From positions 62,001 to 126,000 of IMG/VR virus record IMGVR_UViG_3300021959_006017: a DNA stretch of 64,000 bases; one strand, written 5' to 3'. Within the stretch, counting starts at the first letter, position 1. Each line of letters opens with the position of its first letter. The position numbers and the translations under genes are program-made. Under the pieces are notes generated by a model. That model did not search any database, was not told the origin of the DNA, and saw only the letters and a list, made by a program, of their open reading frames with translations. This document shows, piece by piece, positions 38,421 to 48,789 of this stretch.

Positions 38421-38720
38421 ATGTTACTACGCGAGTTTTTTATTGACGAAAATACCGAACTAGAAGAAGCACAAACTTGGGCACGTTCTGGAAAGAAAGT
38501 TGTTCGCAAGTATCGTTGTAATTCTGGTCCTAGAAAGAATCGCATTGTTGCAAAGATGCAGCAGTGTTTTGCAGCACCTAATATTAAAGCAAGGATGTCT
38601 CTTAAGAGAACCAAAGCAAGATTAGGCAAACGTTTAGCACGAAAAGCAAAAAGGACTAAACGTATTAATGCAGCTTCACGTAGAGTGCAAGCAATGAACA
38701 GAAGTTCAAGGAGAAGGTAA
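38421..38720 (+). CDS. basic protein, paralog 1 (VRKYRC.SG.RK.RIVAK)
   Basis: Arg/Lys-rich; MLLREF N-terminus. Confidence 0.75.
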   Translation: MLLREFFIDENTELEEAQTWARSGKKVVRKYRCNSGPRKNRIVAKMQQCFAAPNIKARMSLKRTKARLGKRLARKAKRTKRINAASRRVQAMNRSSRRR

Positions 38721-39094
38721 TGCAACTTCGCGAGCTTATCACAGAATGGGTATGCGGCGACTGTTATGCAGAACCGTGTCAATGTGAAAGTCTAGACGAA
38801 GGTGTTACAACCATATTCGGTAAGAGTGGTAACAAGACTGTACGTAAATACAGATGTACATCAGGAACACGCAAAGGGCGTATTGTTGCAAAGCCCAGCA
38901 CTTGCACAGCACCAGCTAACGTAAAAGCAAGTGTTACATTGAAAAAAACACGCCGATCAAAAGGCAAAACTATTGGTATTAAAAGTGCCAGAACAAAGAG
39001 AACTAATCCTGCAAGCCAAAAGTTAAGAAATCTTAACGTAGGCCGCAGAAGGATTAAACCAAGAAAACGCAGAGGCGCAGGGAAAAGACTATGA
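38720..39094 (+). CDS. basic protein, paralog 2
   Basis: Same core as the previous ORF; extra CxxC..CxC N-terminus. Confidence 0.75.
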   Translation: MQLRELITEWVCGDCYAEPCQCESLDEGVTTIFGKSGNKTVRKYRCTSGTRKGRIVAKPSTCTAPANVKASVTLKKTRRSKGKTIGIKSARTKRTNPASQKLRNLNVGRRRIKPRKRRGAGKRL

Positions 39095-39327
39095 AGATTA
39101 ACGAGATTATTGTAGAAACAGGTATGTTGCAAATCGAAAAAGACGATGATAAAGAAACAGTACTAGTTGATCCTAAAACACAAGTCAAAACAGTTGTGCC
39201 AAAGGACCCAAGAAAACCAGGTATGATCAAAACAAATGCTCAGGGCAAACTTGAACTTGATACAAAAACATCAGGTGAAATAGAGCGTGGAATCAAACCT
39301 GGGGATGCAGTTATGGTTAAACAATGA
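39091..39327 (+). CDS. hypothetical protein, putative head-internal
   Basis: MKINEI N-terminus. Confidence 0.65.
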   Translation: MKINEIIVETGMLQIEKDDDKETVLVDPKTQVKTVVPKDPRKPGMIKTNAQGKLELDTKTSGEIERGIKPGDAVMVKQ

Positions 39328-39536
39328 AGATTAATGAACTTATATCAACATTTAGTATATTCACTTCAAAGGAAGAGTCTGAGTTATTAGAAAGAATAAC
39401 ACAGCCTTCTATGTTGCGTACATATACTGAACGCGAACAGTTCGTTATTAACAACCTTATTAGGAAAAGCCTGGTAAGTAAAGTTATCCATAACAATGAG
39501 ATTATAGTGGTCCCTAATGAACAAACAAATCCTTAA
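39324..39536 (+). CDS. hypothetical protein
   Basis: MKINEL N-terminus; EREQFVINNLIRKSLV. Confidence 0.65.
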   Translation: MKINELISTFSIFTSKEESELLERITQPSMLRTYTEREQFVINNLIRKSLVSKVIHNNEIIVVPNEQTNP

Positions 39537-39933
39537 AGAACTCGAAGACATTGTCAATCGAGGTTTAGCCGACTCTTACTTCCCAGTATTATCTAAGAAT
39601 ACAGTTCGTATCAAACATATGATGGTGCGTAAAAGTAAGAATGGATATATTGTTATTGATGCCAAAGAAGGCGAGCAAGTAGCTTTTACAGAGTTTAAAT
39701 CAACAGCTCTTGCTATTGCTAAATCTAAAGCAAAAGGATACAATAATATAACTAAACTTTTAGATTTAGAACATGAACTAGCTAAACACTTTCGTGATGC
39801 TTTGTTCTTTAAAAACACTATAAATAACACAACAGACGACTTTATAAAAGAAACTAGACAAGTTAGACTAGATATTGCACTAGAAAAGTCAAAACAAGTA
39901 CGCCGGGAAATAGATTATTTCATCTTTTCTTGA
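39517..39933 (+). CDS. hypothetical protein
   Basis: Coupled ORF. Confidence 0.65.
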   Translation: MNKQILKELEDIVNRGLADSYFPVLSKNTVRIKHMMVRKSKNGYIVIDAKEGEQVAFTEFKSTALAIAKSKAKGYNNITKLLDLEHELAKHFRDALFFKNTINNTTDDFIKETRQVRLDIALEKSKQVRREIDYFIFS

Positions 39934-39974
39934 TAAATACTTTATAAAATATATGCATATAAACAGGAAGAGCC

Positions 39975-40721
39975 ATGCACATTAGAGAATTTACAAAACC
40001 AGTTACAGCAAAGTCACTGAACGAAAGTCTAACAAAACGCTTCGGTGCTAAGATTAATATTGATGGGTTTACTACAGAACAACTACAAGATGTTCGTAAC
40101 AAACTACGTACTAAAGTATTCAATGTCGAAACTACAGAAAGTTTTGATAGTGTACAAAAAGAAGATTACGCTAAGAACAAACTATTTTTAGATGTATTAA
40201 ATGCCGCTATTGCAGAGCGTGATGATAATATTATTGACGCTATCGACGAAGCAGTAGAACAAGTAAACGAAGGCGCAGAAGATGCAGCTGAACTTGTTAT
40301 GGCAGCAAAGGATATGGTTGACCGTGTTACTGGTTGGATGGAAGACACAGCTGAAATGCAAACTGAATCGATGCTAGAACTTGCTGATGCTATTCGCGAT
40401 GAGATGGGCTCTGCTCAAAGCGAATCATTTACAGAAACAGTAAAGCCAGCTCTTGAAGCAATGTATGCAGCAATGGAAACAACTCGAGTTACACTAACAC
40501 AAGGTGTTGGTATGTTAACAGGCGAAGGTGAAGCACCAGAAGCAATGGGTGACGAAGTACCAGCTGAAGAACCAGCAATGGAACCAACAGTTGATGCAGA
40601 AGTTGATGCAGAAGTTGATGCAGCTGATGACGGTATGGGTGCAGCAGATGCAGCAGCCGGAGGCGAAGAGCCAATGGGCCGTGAAAAGCGTGAAAGCGTG
40701 GAACGAAAAAAAAAGATCTAA
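39975..40721 (+). CDS. acidic prohead core/scaffold-like protein ending at a slippery site
   Basis: MHIREF N-terminus, helical middle, Glu/Ala/Pro-rich tail, ends RKKKI. Confidence 0.65.
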   Translation: MHIREFTKPVTAKSLNESLTKRFGAKINIDGFTTEQLQDVRNKLRTKVFNVETTESFDSVQKEDYAKNKLFLDVLNAAIAERDDNIIDAIDEAVEQVNEGAEDAAELVMAAKDMVDRVTGWMEDTAEMQTESMLELADAIRDEMGSAQSESFTETVKPALEAMYAAMETTRVTLTQGVGMLTGEGEAPEAMGDEVPAEEPAMEPTVDAEVDAEVDAADDGMGAADAAAGGEEPMGREKRESVERKKKI

Positions 40722-41035
40722 CTGAGCGCGATGACGCTCTTTTCAATGTACTTGATCATTTAAAGGATTCTGGCAAGAAAGCTGTCAGCATTAAGAAACT
40801 TGATCAGTATATGCGCAATACTCACAACACAGAATTTTCCTACGACACATTTAAAGCAGCTTATGATTCGGATCCACGAATCAAAACTATTGTAACAAAC
40901 TTTGACAAAGACAAAATAGAGTTTAAGCAAAGTGAAGTTGATGATGTACAAAGCAAAGGCGAACCAGGACGTCCTGGTGCTGACGAAGTAGGAAAAATGG
41001 CCAAGAACGCAACTGATCTTGGCGATAAACTATAA
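40709..41035 (+). CDS. -1 frameshift extension of the 39975 ORF (the ORF track lists only 40811-41035)
   Basis: Frame open from 40694 with no start codon before 40811; A-AAA-AAG at 40709-40715 and GAGCG/CGCTC hairpin at 40724-40739. Confidence 0.65.
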   Translation, partial: KKDLTERDDALFNVLDHLKDSGKKAVSIKKLDQYMRNTHNTEFSYDTFKAAYDSDPRIKTIVTNFDKDKIEFKQSEVDDVQSKGEPGRPGADEVGKMAKNATDLGDKL

Positions 41036-41092
41036 AAATAACTTGACAATCAATAATTTAGGTGTTAATATAATAACACTATAGGAGATCTT

Positions 41093-41443
41093 ATGACTGA
41101 AAGAACACAAGAAGATATTGTTAAAAATATCGTTGAAGTATTAGAAAACTATGTTACTCCTGCTGTTGCTGCACACGGCGGCGCAGTAAATTTTGTAAGT
41201 TTTGAACAAGGTGTTGTACTATTAGAGATGAGCGGAGCATGTTCAGGATGTGCTGGAAGCACAATGACACTAAAGTATGGTGCTGAACAAATATTAACGC
41301 AAATGGTACCAGAAGTAATAGCCGTAGAAGGTTTTGATGATCCTTTCTCAGAGGTAGATCCTTTTTACACAGACCCATTCAGTATGCATGATTGGGATAT
41401 GATTAATATGGAAGATACTACTGATGAGCCTGATAACAAATAA
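41093..41443 (+). CDS. NifU/NfuA C-terminal domain Fe-S scaffold protein
   Basis: VTPAVAAHGG, MSGACSGCAGSTMTLKYG. Confidence 0.9.
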   Translation: MTERTQEDIVKNIVEVLENYVTPAVAAHGGAVNFVSFEQGVVLLEMSGACSGCAGSTMTLKYGAEQILTQMVPEVIAVEGFDDPFSEVDPFYTDPFSMHDWDMINMEDTTDEPDNK

Positions 41444-42104
41444 GTTTGTATATGAAAAACTAAAAAGAGTAGAAGTTGGGGGTAAGCGTAGATACGCAGC
41501 ACCCGGCGGAGCTCCTGTTGCAAGTGTAACAACTATCCTCGATGCCACTAAAGATAAGACACACCTCATCGCTTGGAAGAAGAGGGTGGGTGAAGCTAAA
41601 GCACAAGAGATTGTAACTGAAGCGGCAGGGGTTGGTACCCGTATGCACAAATACCTAGAAGATTATATTGATACAGGTGAGTGGGCCGAGCCCGGATCTA
41701 ACCCTTATGCACAACAAGCACATATGATGGCAACCCAGATTAAAGAAAACGCTATGGTTCACGTGGATGAGATATGGGGGTCAGAAGTACCCTTGTATGT
41801 TCCTAACATTTATGCTGGTACAACTGATCTAGTCGGCACTTACAAAGGCCAACCCTGTATCATGGACTTCAAACAAACTAACAAGCCCAAGAAAACTGAA
41901 TGGGTAGTTGATTACTTCCTACAGTTAACAGCATACGCTATTGCACACAACGAAGTACATGGCACTAACATTAGAGAAGGACATGTGTTTATGTGTAGTC
42001 GTGCAGGCGAATATCAACAGTTTGATATTTGGCCCGACGAGTTTGCCGAATGGGAACAAGAATGGTGGAATAGGGTATACGAGTACTATGATAAATTTGC
42101 ATAA
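41424..42104 (+). CDS. PD-(D/E)XK exonuclease (RecB/Cas4-like)
   Basis: SVTTIL, GTRMHKYLE, YAGTTDLVG, IMDFKQT, QLTAYA. Confidence 0.85.
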   Translation: MSLITNKFVYEKLKRVEVGGKRRYAAPGGAPVASVTTILDATKDKTHLIAWKKRVGEAKAQEIVTEAAGVGTRMHKYLEDYIDTGEWAEPGSNPYAQQAHMMATQIKENAMVHVDEIWGSEVPLYVPNIYAGTTDLVGTYKGQPCIMDFKQTNKPKKTEWVVDYFLQLTAYAIAHNEVHGTNIREGHVFMCSRAGEYQQFDIWPDEFAEWEQEWWNRVYEYYDKFA

Positions 42105-42678
42105 GTTTGAAATATCAAATCACTTTAGTACTCCGTTAATGCATCTGCATAATAAGAAACTTGCGGATGAAATGTTGCCTTTGTGTAAAAATGTATTAGC
42201 AGATGAATCAAATAATACAGCACAATGGGGATATAAAACATCTTATGAACCTGCAACAGGTAATGGCCTAGAAAAACTACCCCAGTTTCACCGTTTTGAA
42301 AAATATATTTGTAGTGTGGGTAAAGAGTTTTTAAAAGAGCTAGGTTATAATACAGATGAAATAGAGTTTTTACCAAGCATTTTTACAAGTGAAATGAAAC
42401 CTGGAGATAGACACGGACGGCACTGTCATCCTGGTGCAATATTAAGTGGTGTATTTTATTTAGAGATGCCGCAAAACTCAAGTCCTATTAAGTTTTTCGA
42501 CCCAAGAAGATGGAGGGACACACGCCTAATGCCTACTAAGAAAGACACAATATACACAAGAGAAGAGTTTGTATTTCAACCTGTGTCTGGCGATTTGTTA
42601 TTATGGGAATCATGGTTACACCATGAAGTTGTTCCTAATAACAGCGATAATAGAATCACACTAGTGTTCAATCTTTAA
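42088..42678 (+). CDS. 2OG-Fe(II) oxygenase (TIGR02466-like)
   Basis: HCHPGAILSGVFY, FFDPR, WESWLHHEV..N..RITLVFN; start reset to MINLH. Confidence 0.82.
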   Translation: MINLHKFEISNHFSTPLMHLHNKKLADEMLPLCKNVLADESNNTAQWGYKTSYEPATGNGLEKLPQFHRFEKYICSVGKEFLKELGYNTDEIEFLPSIFTSEMKPGDRHGRHCHPGAILSGVFYLEMPQNSSPIKFFDPRRWRDTRLMPTKKDTIYTREEFVFQPVSGDLLLWESWLHHEVVPNNSDNRITLVFNL

Positions 42679-42707
42679 TAAATACAGTATAATATTAGGA
42701 GACGTCA

Positions 42708-44318
42708 GTGGCAGTAGTTCAAATATCGAGAATACAAATCAGAAGAGGCAAAAAGAACTCTGGTACAGGATTACCTCAACTTGCATCAGGCGAGTTTGGG
42801 TGGGCAGTTGATTCTCAGGAACTATATATTGGCAATGGTTCAGTTTCAGAAGGTGCACCGTATGTAGGTAATACAAAGTTACTAAGCGAATACGATAACT
42901 TATTTGAGTTTGCAAATACATATGAATACAAATCAGGTACGAATATACAAACGGGCAGATCTCCAAATGACCCAGTTGTTAGAAACTTACAGCAAAGACT
43001 AGATGATAGGGTAAGCATACGAGCATTTGGTGCTCCGGGTGATAATACAGATCAAACTGTAGCATTGCAACGTGCTATTGATCAACTATACTTAAATGCT
43101 AGTAACAAAGGTACTCCTCAGTCAAGAGTAGAACTTATACTTGAACCGGGTGAATACACTATTTCTAGCACAGTTTATCTTCCGCCATATGCAACTATAA
43201 GAGGCGCTGGTTCAGAAAAAACCATTATAAATGCCGGAAACCATATTGCTTTCCAAACAGTAAACGAAACAAGTACTCCTGGATCTTATGCAAGTGATGC
43301 AGTAAGTACAACTTTAAATCAAGCACGAAATATTATAATGACAGGTATGACTATTAAAGGAGTACATACTGGTCTTGTGTTACAAAGTTGTAAAGATAGT
43401 TACTTTGAAGATATTATTTTTGCCGGTACATGGGTATTAGGAGATAGCGTAAGTGATAACTCAATAGGTATTAGATTAAACAGTTTAAGTACAGCAGTTA
43501 CATCTCAAAATAATAGATTTAAAAATGTTTATATTCATAATAAAAGTTATGCAGTTGCAAGCGACTGGGACATTAGAGAAAACTATTGGGAAAACTGTAG
43601 ATTTGAAATATTAAATAAAGGCATAGTTTTCGGCGAAAACACAGTACTAGGTACGAGCGGACAACTTACAGGACCGACAAAAAACTCTGTTTCACACAGT
43701 GTTTTTGATGACATAGAACAACAAGCTATACAAGTTTTGGCTGGTCCTAATAATGCAAGTGAGTCAAACAAGTTCTTAAATGTTGGTAACAACGGCGGAA
43801 GCGATGATCTTAACGAAGCACCAGTTATTCAATACGACGACCAAGGTTGTACTTCTTCAAACGATTACTTCCAGCGTTCAGAGTTTTTAGGGTATGACGC
43901 TGCCTATCTAGTTAATATTCCCTACAATACAGAAATAGCCGGAGATATTATTACACAAATAAACACTCCACACACTATTAGCATTGGAGAAGCAGGTATT
44001 CCTATTAAGTTATTTAAACTGCCTGCTGCCGACAATGGTAAAGGTTACACAATAGATTATATCTATAAAAGTAACTCAGTTACTGCTATGAGAAGCGGTA
44101 CTATGAAGATAGCAGTTGATCCTGTAAACAATAATCATATTTTATCAGACGAATATGAATATTTAGGTGACGGTGCCTATCAAGAAAGTTTAGTATTCCA
44201 ATCACAAAATTATGATGAAAACAGTGACGGATCGGTTGACACAATCGCCATTATGATGTTAAACTCTACTAGCGGAGATGAAGCAACATTAACGTACACT
44301 GTAAAATATAAGTCATAA
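42708..44318 (+). CDS. virion tail/baseplate protein with pectate-lyase-like beta-helix
   Basis: ISRIQIRRG...LASGEFGW N-terminus; VSIRAFGAPGD..DQT.ALQRAI; beta-helix repeats. Confidence 0.7.
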   Translation: MAVVQISRIQIRRGKKNSGTGLPQLASGEFGWAVDSQELYIGNGSVSEGAPYVGNTKLLSEYDNLFEFANTYEYKSGTNIQTGRSPNDPVVRNLQQRLDDRVSIRAFGAPGDNTDQTVALQRAIDQLYLNASNKGTPQSRVELILEPGEYTISSTVYLPPYATIRGAGSEKTIINAGNHIAFQTVNETSTPGSYASDAVSTTLNQARNIIMTGMTIKGVHTGLVLQSCKDSYFEDIIFAGTWVLGDSVSDNSIGIRLNSLSTAVTSQNNRFKNVYIHNKSYAVASDWDIRENYWENCRFEILNKGIVFGENTVLGTSGQLTGPTKNSVSHSVFDDIEQQAIQVLAGPNNASESNKFLNVGNNGGSDDLNEAPVIQYDDQGCTSSNDYFQRSEFLGYDAAYLVNIPYNTEIAGDIITQINTPHTISIGEAGIPIKLFKLPAADNGKGYTIDYIYKSNSVTAMRSGTMKIAVDPVNNNHILSDEYEYLGDGAYQESLVFQSQNYDENSDGSVDTIAIMMLNSTSGDEATLTYTVKYKS

Positions 44319-44321
44319 TAC

Positions 44322-44747
44322 ATGTTTGAAAAATCATATGAAGAAAGATTAGCAATCTGGCGCGAGTTTCGAGAAAGTCTTGAAACATCAAAAGATCCTA
44401 TTCAGGACACTATTAACTTCTACAATCGTGTTCCAATATCTAGACTAGGAGCAGATCCATATACTCCTAGTACTTGGCCAGATCCTTGGGAACTACTCCA
44501 GGAAAATATTTACTGTGACTTTGTAAAGATTCTTGCAATTTGTTACACCTTGCAGTTAACTGATGTTTTATCCCAGAGTACCTATGTGATACATACAGCA
44601 TACGACAATAAAAAGTCTGAGACATACTACATATTGTATGTTGATGACAACGTTGTCGGATATCTCGGAGACACATATGTATTTGCAAACGAACTGCCTA
44701 ACTCAATACAATCGCATTTCGAATACACTATGCCGCCACTACTATAA
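44322..44747 (+). CDS. hypothetical protein (WPDPWELL motif)
   Basis: Coupled ORF. Confidence 0.65.
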   Translation: MFEKSYEERLAIWREFRESLETSKDPIQDTINFYNRVPISRLGADPYTPSTWPDPWELLQENIYCDFVKILAICYTLQLTDVLSQSTYVIHTAYDNKKSETYYILYVDDNVVGYLGDTYVFANELPNSIQSHFEYTMPPLL

Positions 44748-44777
44748 ATATTTTGTAAAAAAAGAAGAGGAATAAAA

Positions 44778-47081
44778 ATGTCTAACGGAACAATGATCGT
44801 CAAGCGTGACGGTACAAAAGAACATCTCAACATTGACAAGATACATTTTGTTGTTGAGGAAGCCTGTAAAAATCTAGCAGGTGTAAGCAGCAGTCAAATA
44901 GAAATGAACGCAAATATACAGTTTTATGATGGTATGAGTACTGCTGAGATACAAGAAATTCTTATCCGTAGTGCAAACGATCTTATTTCATTAGACACAC
45001 CAAACTATCAGTTTGCGGCAGCAAGACTTCTTAGTTATGGTTTATACAAACAAGTGTTTGGACAATACTCAGCATTATCACTTGAAAAAATGATTAAAAA
45101 GAATATCGATCGCGGTGTTTATGATGCTGAGATTCTTGAAAAGTATTCCTCCGAAGAAATCGAGCGTATGGAATCATACCTCCATCATAAGCGTGATGAA
45201 AACTTTACCTACGCAGGTCTGCGCCAGGTAGTAGACAAATATCTTGTACAGGATAGAAGCTCGGGTGAGATTTTTGAAACTCCACAGCATATGTATATGA
45301 TGATTGCAGCAACTCTGTTTGCTAACTATCCTAAAGAAGAACGTATGCATTATGTAAGGAGATATTACGATGCGACCTCACTTTTTAAACTCAATATCCC
45401 AACGCCGGTCATGGCCGGAGTGCGTACTCCAGTTAGGCAGTTTGCCTCTTGTGTGCTTGTTGACAGTGACGACACACTCGATTCGATCTTTGCGTCAGAC
45501 ATGTCCATCGGTAGATACACAGCTCAAAGAGCTGGTATCGGTATTAACGCAGGACGTATCAGAGGAGTCAACTCAAGAATCAGAGGCGGTGAAGTAGCAC
45601 ACACAGGCATTATTCCGTTCCTTAAAAAGTTTGAATCAACTGTACGTTGCTGTACACAGAATGGTGTGCGTGGCGGATCAGCTACAACACACTTCCCGTT
45701 TTGGCATCAAGAGATTGAAGACATCCTTGTGCTGAAAAACAACAAAGGTACAGAAGACAATCGTGTTCGTAAACTAGACTACTCAATCCAACTTAACAAA
45801 ACAATGTACGAACGCCTCCTTAGCGGAGGTGAAATTACCTTGTTTTCACCGCATGATGTTCCAGGACTATATGAAGCATACTTTGGTGACCCGGATGCAT
45901 TTAAAGAGCTGTATGAGCAGTATGAGCGTAAAACAAGCATTAAAAAGAAAAAGATTGATGCGATGGAACTGTTCTCAGCACTAATCAAAGAACGTGCAGA
46001 AACAGGACGTATCTACATTATGAATGTTGATCACTGCAACACACATAGCAGTTTCAAAGACACAGTGTACATGAGTAACCTATGTCAAGAGATTACACTA
46101 CCTACAAAGCCACTACAGCACATTGATGACGAGAATGGAGAGATTGCTCTATGTATTTTAAGTGCTATCAATGTAGGCATTATCAAAGACCTAGATGATC
46201 TAGAAGAACTATGTGATCTTGCAGTTCGTGCGCTAGAAGAGATTATTGACTATCAACACTATCCTATTAAGGCAGCAGAGATTTCAACTAAAGCAAGACG
46301 TTCACTAGGTATTGGTTACATTGGACTAGCACACTATCTTGCTAAGAACAAAGTAAACTACGCAGACGCAGAAGCATGGAAACTAGTACATGATCTAACA
46401 GAAGCATTCCAGTACTATTTGCTAAAAGCATCAAACAATCTTGCTAAAGAGCGTGGTGCTTGTGAGTACTTCGACCGCACTAAATACAGTGACGGCATCC
46501 TTCCTATTGACACATACAAGAAGGATGTAGATAATATTGTAGCAAATAACTTAAACTATGATTGGGATACTCTTAGACATAGCATCAAGGAACACGGGCT
46601 CAGGCACTCAACTTTGTCCGCACAGATGCCATCAGAAAGCAGTTCCGTTGTGTCGAACGCAACAAACGGAATCGAGCCACCTAGAGGCTACCTGTCCGTT
46701 AAGAAGTCCAAGAAAGGGCCTCTTAAGCAGATTGTTCCACAGTATCAAACTCTAAAGAATCACTATACATTACTATGGGATATGCCTAGTAATGAAGGTT
46801 ATATCAATACAGTTGCGGTAATGCAAAAGTTTTTTGATCAGGCTATTAGCGGTAACTGGTCATACAACCCAACACAGTATCCAGACAATGAGGTACCGAT
46901 GAGTGTAATGATGCAAGACTTGTTAAACACTTATAAGTATGGATGGAAAACAAGTTACTATCAAAACACTTACGATTATAAAACCGATCCAAGTGATATT
47001 GAAGAAGAAAAGCCACAAGTAGAACTGCCTCAGGGACTGTCTACTGAAGATGACGAAATGTGTGAAGCCTGTGCAATTTAA
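44778..47081 (+). CDS. nrdA: ribonucleotide reductase class Ia alpha subunit with ATP-cone
   Basis: IVKRDG ATP-cone, PTPVMAG, FASCVL, SNLCQEI, MPSESSS, KTSYY, C-terminal CEAC. Confidence 0.96.
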   Translation: MSNGTMIVKRDGTKEHLNIDKIHFVVEEACKNLAGVSSSQIEMNANIQFYDGMSTAEIQEILIRSANDLISLDTPNYQFAAARLLSYGLYKQVFGQYSALSLEKMIKKNIDRGVYDAEILEKYSSEEIERMESYLHHKRDENFTYAGLRQVVDKYLVQDRSSGEIFETPQHMYMMIAATLFANYPKEERMHYVRRYYDATSLFKLNIPTPVMAGVRTPVRQFASCVLVDSDDTLDSIFASDMSIGRYTAQRAGIGINAGRIRGVNSRIRGGEVAHTGIIPFLKKFESTVRCCTQNGVRGGSATTHFPFWHQEIEDILVLKNNKGTEDNRVRKLDYSIQLNKTMYERLLSGGEITLFSPHDVPGLYEAYFGDPDAFKELYEQYERKTSIKKKKIDAMELFSALIKERAETGRIYIMNVDHCNTHSSFKDTVYMSNLCQEITLPTKPLQHIDDENGEIALCILSAINVGIIKDLDDLEELCDLAVRALEEIIDYQHYPIKAAEISTKARRSLGIGYIGLAHYLAKNKVNYADAEAWKLVHDLTEAFQYYLLKASNNLAKERGACEYFDRTKYSDGILPIDTYKKDVDNIVANNLNYDWDTLRHSIKEHGLRHSTLSAQMPSESSSVVSNATNGIEPPRGYLSVKKSKKGPLKQIVPQYQTLKNHYTLLWDMPSNEGYINTVAVMQKFFDQAISGNWSYNPTQYPDNEVPMSVMMQDLLNTYKYGWKTSYYQNTYDYKTDPSDIEEEKPQVELPQGLSTEDDEMCEACAI

Positions 47082-47139
47082 TGGTTGACAGGCAACCACA
47101 GTTAGTATATAGTAGTATAACACAACAATAGGATTAACG

Positions 47140-48243
47140 ATGTCAAAGACAGTATTCAATAGAGAAAAAGTAGACTTTACAAAGCAAAATATGTTCTTCG
47201 GAGCAGATCAAAACACACAGCGTTACGACACATTTAAGTTTCCTGTGTTCGATAAACTTAACCAAACTATGCTTGGTTACTTTTGGCGACCTGAAGAAGT
47301 AAGCCTGCAGAAAGATAGAGCAGATTATGCTAACTTCCGTCCTGAGCAGAAGCACATCTTTACTGCTAACTTAAAGTATCAAACACTACTTGACTCAGTA
47401 CAAGGACGCGGACCATGTCTAGCGTTTCTTCCACACTGTTCACTTCCTGAACTAGAAGGTTGTATTGTTACTTGGGACTTCTTTGAAACTATTCACTCAC
47501 GTTCTTATACACACATTATGAAAAATGTGTATCCAGATCCAAGTGAAGTTTTTGACACAATCCTTGATGATGAAAAGATTATCGAACGTGCAGTAAGTGT
47601 AACCAAACACTATGATGCATTTACTGAAGCAGTAGATGCATTTATTCACCGCGGTGAAGGCTCAATGCATGAAGTTAAAAAGAAACTTTACCTTGCTATG
47701 ATGACTGTAAATATCTTAGAAGGTCTTCGTTTCTACGTGTCATTTGCTTGCACATTTGGCTTTGGCGAACTAAAACTAATGGAAGGTAGTGCTAAGATTA
47801 TTAGCCTTATCGCCCGTGATGAAGCACAACATCTAGCACTAAGCACACACGTTCTTAAACTTTGGGCACAAGGTAAAGACGATCCAGAAATGGCTAAGGT
47901 TGCTAAAGAGTGCGAAGCAGAAGTATATGACTTATGGCGCGAATGTGTTGAAGAAGAAAAGGCTTGGGCAGAATACTTGTTCAAAGACGGTTCTATGATC
48001 GGATTGAATACTAACCTATTGAATCAATATGTTGAATACATTGCTAACCGTAGACTTAAAGCATTAAACTTAGATGCTATCTTTGATGCACCAGTAAACA
48101 CTAACCCACTACCTTGGACACAGCATTGGTTGTCAAGTTCAGGCTTGCAGGTTGCACCACAAGAAACAGAAGTAGAGTCCTATATTATTGGAGGCATCAA
48201 GCAAGATGTCGATAAAGAAAAACTTAAAGGATTTAGTTTATGA
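47140..48243 (+). CDS. nrdB: ribonucleotide reductase class Ia beta subunit
   Basis: FWRPEE, DSVQGR, ETIHSRSY, LEGLRFYVSF, RDEAQH, APQETEVESY. Confidence 0.96.
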   Translation: MSKTVFNREKVDFTKQNMFFGADQNTQRYDTFKFPVFDKLNQTMLGYFWRPEEVSLQKDRADYANFRPEQKHIFTANLKYQTLLDSVQGRGPCLAFLPHCSLPELEGCIVTWDFFETIHSRSYTHIMKNVYPDPSEVFDTILDDEKIIERAVSVTKHYDAFTEAVDAFIHRGEGSMHEVKKKLYLAMMTVNILEGLRFYVSFACTFGFGELKLMEGSAKIISLIARDEAQHLALSTHVLKLWAQGKDDPEMAKVAKECEAEVYDLWRECVEEEKAWAEYLFKDGSMIGLNTNLLNQYVEYIANRRLKALNLDAIFDAPVNTNPLPWTQHWLSSSGLQVAPQETEVESYIIGGIKQDVDKEKLKGFSL

Positions 48244-48491
48244 TAGAAATTTACGGAAAGCCAGCATGTCCGCACTGTGATGCTGCAAAGCGTTTATGCG
48301 AAATGCGTGAGCTACCTTTCAAGTATTATCAACTTGACACAGACTTTACTCGCGAAGAAGTATTAGAAATGTTCCCAGGAGCACGTACTTTCCCACAGAT
48401 CAAAGTAAACGGAACTAGCATCGGCGGATACGACAAACTAGGCACATACCTAGAAGAAACTAACTATAACGGAACAGGACACACATTATAA
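48240..48491 (+). CDS. glutaredoxin
   Basis: CPHC active site, RTFPQI, IGGY. Confidence 0.92.
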   Translation: MIEIYGKPACPHCDAAKRLCEMRELPFKYYQLDTDFTREEVLEMFPGARTFPQIKVNGTSIGGYDKLGTYLEETNYNGTGHTL

Positions 48492-48775
48492 TGTTAATCG
48501 AAGCACCTTATAAAAATGGTGATACTATCACCATTAAAACTCTTACTGAAGAGATTGTTGCACGACTTGTAGAAGAAACAGATAAAACAGTTAAAGTAAA
48601 CAAACCAATGGCTATTATGGCAACACAACAAGGCATTGGACTAGGACCGTTTGCCTTTACCTTAAAAGCAGATGCTGATGTGGTACTAAATAAAAGTGTA
48701 ATATTAATGATTGCAAAAACAGAAAAAGAGATGGCAAGTCAATACGTACAAAACACAACAGGTATTGCCATCTAA
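48491..48775 (+). CDS. hypothetical protein (Sm-like)
   Basis: EEIVARL...VNKPM...YVQNTTGI. Confidence 0.6.
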   Translation: MLIEAPYKNGDTITIKTLTEEIVARLVEETDKTVKVNKPMAIMATQQGIGLGPFAFTLKADADVVLNKSVILMIAKTEKEMASQYVQNTTGIAI

Positions 48776-48789
48776 AACAAGGAGTTTAG

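Noticed and set aside
44778-48243. Introns or inteins in nrdA/nrdB
   Set aside because: Both ORFs are continuous, of normal length and have all motifs in order
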